Shown here: in pieces, positions 25,901 to 38,106 of the stretch
Position numbering within the stretch: the stretch's first letter is position 1
How the letters are laid out: each line of letters begins with the position of its first letter
Source of the DNA: Selaginella moellendorffii
Taxonomy: Eukaryota > Plantae > Lycopodiophyta
NCBI RefSeq assembly: GCF_000143415.4
Contig: NW_003314311.1
Location: forward strand, 292,181-356,180
DNA length: 64,000 nucleotides
Direction: 5' to 3'
The notes under the pieces: model-generated
The model's input: only the letters and a program-made list of their open reading frames with translations
Databases searched by the model: none
Told to the model about the DNA's origin: nothing
Program-made: the position numbers and the translations under genes

Positions 25901-27898
25901 CTACACCAACTCCAGACTCTATCCAACTCAATTGCTTTAGCTTCAAAAGTCAGCATCCCTTTCGGGTCGCATCATACAAACTACATACCAAGGTCTAAGC
26001 CAACCGAAGTCAACTCCAACCCCTTCACTAGTTTGTACTCGCTTACGAAAATGGAATGGTTTTCGAGCAAAGTGATAACAGATCAGCCATTGGAAAAGTC
26101 TAAGAAAATTTGTGGAAAATCTTTCCATTCTAGAGAAAGAATGACTCTTAGTCTAGAAATGCAAACTTTCAAGACTCAACCAATTTCTTCCTACCAACAA
26201 CTTCACAGAGGTTCACCTCAACACAAATTCTCATGACCCATAGTATGCTTAAGCTTCGAACATCTTTTTGCCCATTCTTTTGACATCCAACACCGATATC
26301 CGTAAAAATGCAAATGGAATATCCAAGGCTTGATCACGAAGACCACATCTTCGGATATCCACATTGCACTAACACTCTTCTTTAACCACCTTCAAGATCC
26401 AATGTGAAGCTAAAACACTAACAAGAAAAATGACATGGAAAATCAAGCTCTAAGGAAAATTCCTCATCACTCGAATTAACAATGCCATTTCCACTAACAC
26501 AAGTGCTAGCAATGTCAATGTCTCAACTACACACTTTCTCCATCCAATAATCTACTCCAAGTGCTAACAGAGCAACCGATGAGCTATAGCAAATGAATGC
26601 TACAACCCTTTTCCAACACCTTATGGGCAAACCCTCAAGGAAACAAGGAACTAACTTAAGCTTAGCATAATGGACCACTATCGAGAATCCCGTCAAAGCT
26701 ACTACAATGCTACTTCGTGCAAGTAGACTAGCTTCACCATCAACCACTTTGGGGTTGATCATCGTTTAACCAAGCAACTTCGTAAACACATTGCTCATTA
26801 TCACATGGATATGACATGGAAATCACAATGATTTGATCATCAATTGAGCAACAATATGAGCAATGCCAATGTCATTACTTCAAAGGTTTATGTGAGTATC
26901 AAGTGTTAACTCGATTCAACAAAATGCAACATAAATGCCACACTCCATCGATAGAGATTTATAACACCTAACACCACCAACTTTTGTTCACAACACGGAC
27001 AAGCTCATGCCACTCTCTTTCCGACCAAACTCAAAACTAATCCAACACAAAGCTACTCAAGGAGCAATAGCAAGGTTCCTCGGAAAAGAATTGAGCATTG
27101 CAATCCTAGTCTTCCATAGCAAGCCTAGACAAAATGGTATAACATTTCACCGCTATCCATCCCACAACTCACCATTTGTAAGACCATCATCTCCAACATG
27201 CATCAAGGTAGGGACTCTTGATTGCATAATGTGAACACGAGCAATGAGTCACACCTCGTTGCAAATCATCTCTCCAAGAAGAAAAGATGATTTACATGTT
27301 TGATCCTCTGTCCCCGATGACTCTCTTTTTGGTCTCATCTTTGACCAAACCTCAAGCTTGCTTTCGCACTGCCTTCAGTCCAATCCAAGAAAAGTTTATG
27401 AGAGAGCACAGCAATGACTACCTGAACCAATAGACTAATCCCTACAATCTTGGTTGATTCACTTGTAATCATGCCTAGGAAAGATCTACTAGTGCCGTGC
27501 TTAAACAGCTACGGACCAACCTATTTGCCACTCATAGCAAACCTAGGGAAAGTTTGCTTTCACCCATGGTACATGGAACAACTCATGGAACCACCGATAG
27601 GCTAACATTAATCCTGCCAACTCAAAGTGTAACCTCAAGTTGCTAATGTGCCTCACTCACGAGCTCAAGCTCAAACTCGTGCTAATGGAGCATCTCAAAT
27701 CCATCCTATGAGCCCAAGAGCAAGCTCACATTATTAGGTACAAAAGGTAACCAAAACCATACCCAAGGAACGAATGTGAACCCATTGCACCAAACGTGTA
27801 CCCACTCGGATCATCGTTTTCATCTCTGCGTATGCAACGAGACTAGTTGCCCAATCTCATTGAATAGTACTCGCTGAGACTCTTCCTCTGATACCAAA
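22912..27898 (-). mobile_element. Non-autonomous internal region 2 (lacks the TRIM)
   Basis: Colinear with 16007-21589; PPT at 22912; PBS CCTCTGATACCA at ~27885-27896. Confidence 0.85.
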
Positions 27899-29095
27899 TG
27901 TAGCGCACGTGGTTTTGACCCTTTATCCTATAGTGATTTACCATAGGATAACACCACGAAGCGGAACCTAAACCCTCTTTGTGCCACGTGACAGATGCCA
28001 CGTGTCCATGCCACGTGTCCATAGGAACCCAAAGTTCAGGGCCTTGGGCCACTGAACGAAGGAACGGTGCCAAACTCCCAAGCATGGAGCCAAGGAGTGA
28101 TGGAACCGAACCACGGAGCAACTCCCGAGCATAAAGCCCAAGGAGCGAAGGGACAGGAGCCCGGAGCGACTTGGAACAGTCCACCTGAATTTGGAGCCGA
28201 ACTCCAAGCCCGTTGCGCTACGAAACGAGGGTCCGGTACAATCCCACGAGCACCAGCTCCCCGTATCCAGCACCTGCACGCAAAATGGTGTCAGACGGAG
28301 TTTGGCACAATTTTGGCATACCGGTGGCCTAACGCGAGAAGGAGGGTACTCCACCGACTAGAGCAGCGTGGAGCTTGGGCTTAGACCCAAGCCGGACGTA
28401 GAACAAGGAGCGACACAGCCCAGCGGGAGCCAAACTAATGTCTCAGGTGGTCGGACATGCATTCCAACCACTATCCCTACTATACATTTGGAACCCCCCA
28501 CAGCCCCCCCCCCCCCCTTGAGGGACACACGCTTTGGGCTTTCACCCCAAGCCTCCCTTAGTACCAAGAGTTAGTCTCTGGGACAAGTCCGAAACTTACT
28601 AAATATGGAATGTCCTTGGATTGCGAATTTGGACATGGGACGAACACCATTGTGTTCAGGCCGATCTCTACATTCCGTAGATATGCCAAATGAGCTAATC
28701 TAGACACTTTCCCTAAATAGCATTTGGGACCGAAATGAGACCAACACAAAGGGTGTGATAGCGAGGGTGTTTGGCAAACACGGTAAGCTATCATCTAGCG
28801 AATATTGAGGGACTAGTCTCAATATCGCGGGGGTTCTTGACACTAGCAAGTGCAAGCTCATGACAGGAGTTTCTCAAACCAGGCCGAGTATGCTCAGCAA
28901 GAAACACATAGGGTTCCTACCTTATGTTTATCCGATTTAAGTACACGGTCATTGACCAGTTTCTCAACTAGCTCAAGTGGGAACAATAAAGGGAACCAAC
29001 TGTACCGACCTTCTGCTGTCATGGCAGTAAGGAAAGAGTGTCCGTAAGGATTGGCCGACAAGTATCTTTCGATACTTGAAGTCACATTCGCGACA
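27899..29095 (-). repeat. LTR3: chimeric type-A/type-B LTR shared by non-autonomous unit 2 and the chromovirus
   Basis: 27899-28181 matches the type-A start. From 28182 (CACCTGAATTTGGAGCC) it matches LTR4 from 47885. Ends GCGACA at 29095, followed by PPT. Confidence 0.85.
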
Positions 29096-29697
29096 CTCTC
29101 CCCCCCTTGGGGAAGATCAACGTCCTCGTCGATGCATACCCAAGTCTAGCAAACCGTCAAGGAAACAACTCCGAAAGTTAACGGAAAGCACACTATGTGG
29201 AAAACGACTTAAATGAGTTATGGAACGACCTCTCCTCTACGTCCAAAGACGTTAAGACTCAGACACCCTCCAGCCGTCACCGACAAGGAAATGACTAGCA
29301 AAGTTAGCCACCCTTGCTGCTCCGAGTACCACTCGGCTTACAAAGGAATGATACATCCCTGCCCGTAGGGACATAGGGAGAGGGCCAGAGGCCCAACTTC
29401 CCCTGAGCAAGAAATCAACCCCGTCGGGAAGATTTAGATAACTACTATAAACTGGCAGATTAAGTTGTTTACACGACCACGCCCCTTTTCGAAAATGAGT
29501 CATCGAGAGAGAGGTGGGGACTTGTGATCAGTCTATAATAGTTATCCCCATGGTTATGGATTGGACCCATGCACCGAAGTGCCGAAGTCAGCCTGCCAAA
29601 ACTGACCCAAGTACTAATGAACGAGAGAAACGACACTTTGATTATAGAAATATAGTATTTTATTAATTTGCAAGATTTATTACAAGATTTACAAAAG

Positions 29698-30893
29698 CTA
29701 GTTTTTATTACAATTCTCATACTCCGTGACAAGCTCACGAGCATGTGTAAGATTACTAAGAGGTTCCCAAGTTGATTCACAAGTTGGATAACCTTTCCAC
29801 TTAACTAGATATTCCTTGGAACGACCACCACGAGCTTTGCGAGACAAGAGAATCGCTTCGACCTCATACTCCATGTCACCATTCACAACCTCTGGAGGGG
29901 GACGAATGTCCACAGAGCGATCCATAGCAACATGATATGGTGCTAGTAAACTAACATGAAACACATCATGTACATTGGACAACTCATCCAGAAGATCCAA
30001 CTTATAGGATACATCACCAACTGGTTTCACCACCCGATAGGGTCCAACATATCTTGGCAATAATTTCCGAGATAAACACCCCTTAATGTTCAAGTTTCGG
30101 GAAGATAGCCAGACCTGATCTCCCACTTTATAGGATACATCCCGACGATGTTGATCCTTATCACGTCGATACCTATCTTGAGCTTTGCCCATCGCCTCAG
30201 TTGCTCTAGACCAACCTTGACGTAGCTGCTCCGCATAAGTCTCAACAGCCGGGACCAACACTTCGGACATTGGTTTCGGTACAATAATCTGTTGAGGAAC
30301 CCCACGAGCATTTCCTTGCAGCATCTCCCATGGAGAACAGCCGATAGCGCTGTGAAATGTGTTGTTATAACATATTTCTGCTGTATCCAAATGCTCAACC
30401 CAGTCGCGTTGGTCCGCTGCGACATAGTACCGCAGATAATCCTCAAGTTGAGCATTCACGCGTTCGGTCTGCCTATCAGTTTGAGGATGATAAGCCGTAC
30501 TAAACTTCAACTTGGTACCAAACAACTGGAACAGTGTGCCCCAAAACTTCCCCGTAAACCTCGGATCCCTATCTGAGATCATCTCTTCAGGAAGACCACG
30601 AACCCGCACTACTTCATGGAAAAAGAGCTTTGCTGCTTGTTTCGCATTCACTGTTCCCACAGTTGGAATGAAGTGTGCAATCTTCGACAACCGATCCACA
30701 ACCACCATCAAAGTATCATAACTCTTAGACTTCGGCAAGCAAGTGACGAAATCAAGTGTCACACTTTGAAATGGCCATGCCGGTGCTGGAATGCACTGCA
30801 ACTTTCCACCCTGCTTCTCAGTTCTGCGCTTACATTGCTGGCATATTGGGCAGGAACGGACATAATCCGCTACATCACCTACCATACCAGACC
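29698..30893 (-). CDS. Ty3/Gypsy chromovirus pol, 3' part: integrase (CxxC, DDE, GPY/F) plus chromodomain; split from the rest of pol by a DNA transposon
   Basis: CPICQQC, TLDFV, ISDRDPRF, HPQTDRQTER, YVGPY and the chromodomain EYEVEAIL...YLVKWKGY...TWEP. Confidence 0.93.
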
Positions 30894-32099
30894 AAGCTCT
30901 ATTTCGTTAAAGTGGGATTTATTCAGTAAAATGGGACTAGGTACAAATTTTCAAGTATTTGAAAATGACGTGAAATTATATGTTTTTTGTCCAGGGGCTA
31001 GACATATCTGGGGCATGGTGACTAGCGCGGTGACCTTATGTCCAGACTGAGTCCATCTAGTTGTATAATAAATCTCATTGTCAAGGTGAACAAGCCGAAT
31101 CTGAAGCTAAAGAAGAGCGATGGCATGCGCGCACACACTATTTGTTTGTTCATTGAGCGTGTGGTGAGCTTTCCAAGATGAACATCATTCCTATTAGCCA
31201 GACATATAACTTAATGGTGAGAACATTTAGATATTATTCAATGTTATCTTTTTCTAACGAATCTAATTGTGAAGGTGTAGCAAGAGGCATTGCTAGTTTG
31301 GAGAAGTCATTTAACTCATTTGACCCTTAGTGTATTTTCATGAAACTAAATAACATTCATATTATTAAGGAATTTCTCTAGTACCTTTTTTTTACGACAT
31401 AGAGGCTTGCATTTCTTTCAAAGGTGATTTAGTAAAAGGCCTGAGGGCACATGCCATTCTATTTCTCAGACCGGTATTAAGATATACTAGTGCAAAGGGA
31501 AAAAGGTATTTGGTGATCAAGTAAATGGCATGAGGGCACACGCCATTATAAGCCTAAGCGCTAGTGGACACCTCCTTTTTGGTACTCTTAGCGGTACTAT
31601 CATCCTTCTCCGGGTCAGTTGTTTTGCTTTGGATTGTTGTCTCTGACGTTACTGGGGCGTTCTCGATAGTTGTTAATGTTGCCGTTTGTTCAGAAAAATG
31701 ATCACCTGGAGTATAGTACGGGGAGTTTGGAAGACTTATATATTCTACATCTTCACCTATCTCCTTCTCCGTCTCCTTTTCTGCCTCACTTACAGATTTT
31801 GTGCTTGCCATGAGAACGCTCTTCACCCTAAAATATGGAGTTCGTTGTGTTATAAAAGGAAACCAACACACACGCTGCAAGGGAATGATGGTACATAAAG
31901 CACGTAAGCCCACAATATGGGTTTATGTGCCATTAATATGGGCCACACGCCATACTATTAGATTTATGCACGTGTGATTGGTAAATGCATATGTCACATC
32001 ATCTTTGTTTTACCTCACACACTATATCAAGCCTCCTCTGATTCAGATTCGGATTGTTCACCTTGAAATAAAATACATTAGAAACTTTGTAAAGGAATA

Positions 32100-35000
32100 T
32101 TAATGAATCTCACCTTGAACCCGAGTTATGAATGCTCTTGCTGCATCTCTTGCATGGTCTGGCAAGGTGATGGTGGCACTCTGCTTCCGCATCCAACCAT
32201 GCACAACATTATCCACCGATATGCTCATGCTGGGATCCCTTGGATTCAGCACCCATCTCTTTTCTAGGCAATCCTTCGTATATCCGGAACTTGGCTTGAA
32301 CCACTCCACAGTTACATTGAAGGAGTTAGTTTCCGCGTCCTCCTCTGCATCAGTGATGCAGCGCCCCACCCATATCATTTGTTTTTTATTACTGGGTCTG
32401 ACAAGCACGACCATTCCTTTGCAGACCTGTACTGGATTGAATGCTGAATCCGGCTTCTTGTTCCTCGGCCCACAATAGTGATCCTCAACATCGTTATCTG
32501 TCACTGCATTTCCAGAGGACATTGTTCCGCTACTATCTGGTGCTCTGGGTTCTGGCTAAAAGGACTCTTCCAATTCTTCATATACAACCGGCCCATTTTG
32601 GATAGCAGATATAATCTTCTCCCAGTATTCGAGCAAAGGCTTGCACCTCTGAAAATAGGATTCTCCACCAAACACCAACCCCCTCTTCCAGAAGGCAATA
32701 TGCTGTCTAATCCCGGCCACTATACTTTCCTGGTCTTTGAGTCCATTCGGGTGCATCGGCCGTGGGGAACCCTGAGGAATCATAGGTTCCCCAGTTATGG
32801 GATCTCTCTTGAAGAGTTCAATGCCGTCCACTGGCAGCCACACTGTGTCCCATTCTCTCATCTTGTACCTCATCACTGGAGCACCGTCACACATGCTGAA
32901 ATGAAACTGAAGAGGCTTGGAGTGGCCAATCAGCGTTTCGGATCCATCCCTGATGTAGCCTCTTACAAACCCCTTAAAGTCTGGAACCTCTGTCAGAAGT
33001 GCAGCTTCAACAGTGCCTTTGATGCAATTTTGGAATTCATCGTAGAGTTGTGGGAGGGTGAGGACATTGGATCGCCGGAGGGACTCTGCCAGGTGACTGA
33101 ACATGGCATCGACGTCTTCATGAGTGTGCCCAACCATGAGAAAGCCAAGTGTAACCGTTTCAAATATGCCTTTGGCAACAAGCATCGCCAAGTACTCGAA
33201 GACGTACATGTTTTTGTTCTCACTGCCAGCATTGTCTGTTTGGAGCAGAAGATGGGGTGGAAGGCCACATCGGCCGCAAGAACTTCCTTGAGATTCTGCT
33301 TCGTTTGGATGAGGCTGTGCATTCACCGGGCGACCAGCCTCGTCGGAATGGCATGAGGCCTCACGTGATAACCCTACAATCTGACGGCCAACATATTCAC
33401 TGGGATGGCATGGGGCCCCACGCGATACTGCAAGCCTTTGCTCCTCCTCCAGCTGAACCCTGTATGGGGTTCGATCGACAAGGGCCTTATGCAAGGGTTG
33501 GCCGTTCAGCTCAGTCTGCGCACTTTGCAGAGACCTTAAGTGTTTTGCTAGGGACGCAATCATCATGTTTGCACCCCCGCCACCCCATAGAGGTACAAAG
33601 AAGTTCCCATAGTTCTGGGCACCATGCCCATGAGCGATTATGCCAAACAGAGACACAGGCAGCTGCATGGATGAAGAGATTGCCTTGGGGGCAGGATTGA
33701 GTCGAGGTAAGCACGTCTTTTTCTGGTCCATTTTGTCGTGGATGATGCAGAGGTAAGAGTCAGGTCTCTCCATGGAGAGAATCCTGTTATGATAATATGC
33801 AGTCCTGCAGCTTCTCTGCTCGATGTTGTGGTCGAGCCGCCTTCTAACCAACGTCTCTCGCTCTTGAGCGCTGCAAGAATTCTTCGACAAAGCCATTTTG
33901 ATAGCAGTGCACTCGTCACACTTTGAAAAGCTGGAGTACTTTCCTATACTCACATCCCTGAACCTGTTGCTCCACAATCTACTAAATCTAGATTGGCTCA
34001 GCTTCCTGTAGCCATTACTCTGGAGTTCCCGATTCACATCTTCCAATATGGCCCCCTTGGTATACATGGAAGGGAGAACTCGTTGGGTGTCTCGTGTTCC
34101 ATCTTCCAAGAGGCGGGTTTTATGTGGTTGCTGCTCGCTACATGTCTCGACAAACCTCTTGAAGATTGCCTCTCCATATACAACATGACCCCTGGTTTTG
34201 TGCGTACCGTCGTTCCCATGGACTGCCTGTTGAACCCTTTGTTCCTCGAACTCAGTTTTGATTCTGTAGAATGTGCTTCGAGGGACTCCATAAATGATTC
34301 TCCATGCCTTCATGCAGACCAAACCCCTCTGGAAGACCATGCCCCCCACCTGATGTTCTGAAGCATCAACAGATGACCGTAATGCCTCATACACAAAATT
34401 GCGAGCTGCCTTCCAGGACAATGTCTTGTATCTTGCTCTCTCCTCTTCAATAGCATCCCAATCAGCATGTTGACAGCACCTCCTCTTGCAACAAGCAACT
34501 GTCGAGACCATTCGAACCTCCATCGCCATTTTCTGCCTTTTCGGTTCGTTGCTCAGATCCCTTTGGCTGCGCTTTAGGAAGGTGTACTTTCTTTTCCCAT
34601 GAAGAGATGTTCTGTCATCAGTTGTAGTGGTGTTTGATTGTGAATCCTTCACATTCTCAAACACTAAGTGCCTCAATTTCCACCGCACAATGCTTCCAAT
34701 AGTCAGACTGTTTTCTTCTGTGTCAACAACCTCTAAAATCGCAACTCCAATATCATCCCAGCCCAATTCTTGATTAGCAACCGCATCTCTTGGATCGACA
34801 ACTGTGGCTAAGCCCTCAGCTACCACCTCCCCCTCGGGGTTGTTTAGAAACACTTTTGCCTGAATCCATGTAGCACGGTTCTTAAGATCCACGGAGGGAA
34901 CATGCGTCGCACTTGCGCTGTCCCCAACATCTGCTTTCTTCTGAAGATTTTTCAAGGCAACAACAACATTTACCCCGACGACCATCTCTCCTCGTTCAAT

Positions 35001-35168
35001 AGCGACCACATTCCCATCGAAGACAATCTCTACTGATACAGCAGCATTGCCTTCCCCAAGCCTTTCACAGTGTATAACAAAGTTCCGATCCATAGACACA
35101 AGGGTCCCTTTTGCAACTCTCTTCCCACCATTCAAAATGTAAACCTTTTCCCCAACCCTGAAGGCCAT
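32100..35168 (-). pseudogene. Sola-like DDD transposase (~1020 aa) with one premature stop at 32556-32558; two CACTA TnpA/Transposase_23-like repeats at the N-terminus and a BAH/SH3-like C-terminal domain
   Basis: Motifs CCKRRC, FSKCDEC, IIHDKMDQ, LLQTDNAGSENKN, FLMVGHTHEDVDAMFS. ORF 32100-32522 continues in frame after EESF*PEP (TAG probably from TGG). Superfamily assignment is by motif recognition only. Confidence 0.78.
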
Positions 35169-36499
35169 TCTGAAAGTGCAGAAAAGAAGTTAAGACCATA
35201 CAAAAAATGATTGGAGAATGGCCTAAATCATAACATACCAAACAACCTCAATAGCATGAGGCCACATGCCATTATTCAAACATGCTATTGACACCCACGT
35301 GAAATTTCGCATTCACAAAATTGGCATGAGGCCTCATGCCATCTTGATATACACACAGTTGCAGGCAAATAAAAACATACATGACAATACGCTAGCCATG
35401 AAATTGCAAGGGCCCAAGATGGCATGTGGCCTCATGCCATTTCTAAATGTGGTCCTAAGCCATTCCATGGTGAACATACCAGGAAGCACAAGTGCCGAAT
35501 ATCAAGAGGAAGCGGTAGCCACACCAAAGACAGTGCCGCTCGCAACACCGCAACTACTCGTAGCGCCGCTCGCAACACCGCAACTGCTCGTAGCGCCGCT
35601 CGCACAAACTGCCACTCGCATAAACTGCCGCTCGCAATGGCGCTCGCAATGCCGCAACCGCTCGTAGACGCATAAACCACAGCCCACAACGCCGCTTACA
35701 CAAGCAGCGCTCACTGCGCTCAGCGAAACCAAGAACACGGCGCACAAAAATGATAGACCTAGGAATGAGTTCGAGAATTCAAAAATAACACACGCTTGAA
35801 TGTCACATCAAATCCTCTGACAAACCAGATCTTATGATTCCTCTGACAAATTTCAAACTGAGTAGCTTCTAGACTTTGCTGTCGGAGGTTGAACTTTGTC
35901 ACATCATGTCCTTGCCTCGATCCAGCTGTGCCATGTCAGTGATTCGAACTTTGCCATGCCATGTCAGCGATCCGCGCCAAGATTATTCGCCGTGTAAAGG
36001 AATAATTACGCTGTGTGTGTACGTCCATTTATGGCAATATAAGGCCACACGACATTCAAAGAATAATGCTCGACATAAGGCCACACGCCATTCAAAGAAT
36101 AATGCTAGTCGAGCATTTTTTGGTGCATTTTTGGGTTCAAAATTGCATGAGCCCACACGCTATAAAGTTTACCTGTACCAAAAATAGAAACAGCTTTATT
36201 TACTTGGGAATTTAAGTGGTTGAGGCATTTTTAAACTTACAAACACATGCCCTACTTACATTCCTTTGGTTGCCTAAAATTCAAAAATATTATAAACCTT
36301 TCTTTTTGCATTTTCAATGTTTTCAATTATGGTTTTTGATTTTCGTAGGACCAGCCTAGTAATCTATTTGCATCCCGTCATGTTTATAGCTAGCTTTCGT
36401 TCGTCCCCTTCGCTAGCCTGAGATACCTCTGCTCGGCATCTGCCTCTTACAGCATTTGCCCAGAAAGGGCATCTTTCTTCACGCAGCATTTGCCACATG

Positions 36500-36532
36500 T
36501 TTAGGGTTTAGGGTTTAGGGTTTAGGGTTTAG
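36500..36532 (+). repeat. Interstitial plant telomeric repeat/telobox array (TTTAGGG)4.7
   Basis: TTTAGGG x4 plus TTTAG, read directly. Confidence 0.9.
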
Positions 36533-38106
36533 CAATTCAGTAGCTTGATAAACATGCAAATACAGAACTTGATGCAAAATCCTTTGATATGTCACAATGC
36601 CCCTAGGACCATAAACACATTTCAATAGAGAGGGTCCTTTCATTTCATAACTCCTTACGTAGATCTTGGTGAAACCAGAGTTAGTGAAGTTAGTTTCTTG
36701 TGATCCCGCATCTGATTGTGATGTCCCTTTGCAGTTTCGATGGAAAGGTCAATGCACACCAAACTGTGAAATCTTGGAGCAAAATAACGGTCGGATCTAT
36801 GGCAAATGCCCCTGAAACATTGTAAGGCTCGTGTGGTCTCATGTGGTGTCCGATTGAGATGCTTCTTTGCAGGGTCATCAAGAAAGACATTGTATACCAT
36901 TCTGTAAAATCTAGTTGCGATCTAACGGTTGGATCTCCAGAAAACTCAAAAAAATTTCGTGCGTGTCAGAATATCCTAGGAATATACTCCTATGTGCCCC
37001 TGAAAATGGCATGCGGCCCCACGCCATTCAAGAGATAATGCCAGATGACGCCGAGAATTTTTTGGTGCATTTTTTGGGTTCAAAATTGCATGAGCCCACA
37101 CGCTATAAAGTTTATCTTTGCCAAATAGAGAAAAGTTTATTTGTGTCATGTGAGGTAGTTACAGTCCTTTGTGCTCGGCATCTGCCTCTTGCAGCATTTG
37201 CACTGAAAGGGAATTTTTCTCCATTCAGCATTTGGCCCTGAAAATGGCATGCGCCCACACGCCATTCAAGGAATAACGCCACAGGACGCCTGGATTTTTG
37301 GGTTTAAAATGTTTAGGGTTTTTTGGGTTTTTTCAAAATATTTTGGGTCCAACGTTTTTTGGGTTTCTTTGGTTCAAAATTGCATGAGCCCACACGCTAT
37401 AATATTGATTTGAGAGAAAAATAGAAACAGATAGAATTTCTTTATTTAGCTGAACATCTGCCATTTTTGGAAATACAAGATGCTTTGGAATATCCAATCA
37501 TGCATGGTATAAATATAGCGAGGGTATTAAATGATATCCCAATCATGATCTTTCTTTTGGATTTCGCGTGCATGCAGTCCGAGGAATGATGACGTTGCGG
37601 ATTTCTTTTGGATTTTGCGTGCTTGCATGCGCACGGCAATCCAGAAATTAATGGTGGCGCCCAAGTCCGAGGAATGATGACGTGGCGGGATTACCAACCG
37701 TTGTGACATTTCGCGCGTGTGAGGTTAGGTTTTGCATTTTGCTTTGTACTCGCGCTCGCACACTCGCGCTCCCGCTCGCATCGCGCTCCCACTCGCGATC
37801 ACGCTCACTTCTTTACAGGTTTCTCGTGTGCATCGGCGTCCACTCGCGCTTGCATCACACTCGCGCTCGCATCGCGCTCGTGTGCATCGGCGTCCACTTC
37901 AAGACACACCCAGTTTGTAACTTCGCCGCCAACTCCACCGCCCACTCCACCACCCACACGCAGCCCACTTGGCGTCCCGGGAGATTTCAGCACCACTCTC
38001 CAACTGTAAGTGGCAGAGTAGCCTTGCTGCTACGATCCGCTGCACACACAGTGCACATTCGCCAGCGAGTCCGGCCTCGATTGTCACGGCCTCCATTCGG
38101 CTTCAA

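Noticed and set aside
16007-27898. Short ORFs in the non-autonomous internal regions
   Set aside because: Not conserved between the two copies; at most decayed pol-like traces I cannot assign confidently.
31554-31913. Possible third transposon gene (MASTKSVSEAEKE...)
   Set aside because: Short and low-complexity with no domain or clear splice structure; insufficient support.
32478-33356. 292-aa plus-strand ORF
   Set aside because: Antisense shadow of the transposase with no recognisable motifs.
35266-35747. Overlapping ORFs on both strands
   Set aside because: Produced by a GC-rich 30-bp repeat in the transposase leader region.
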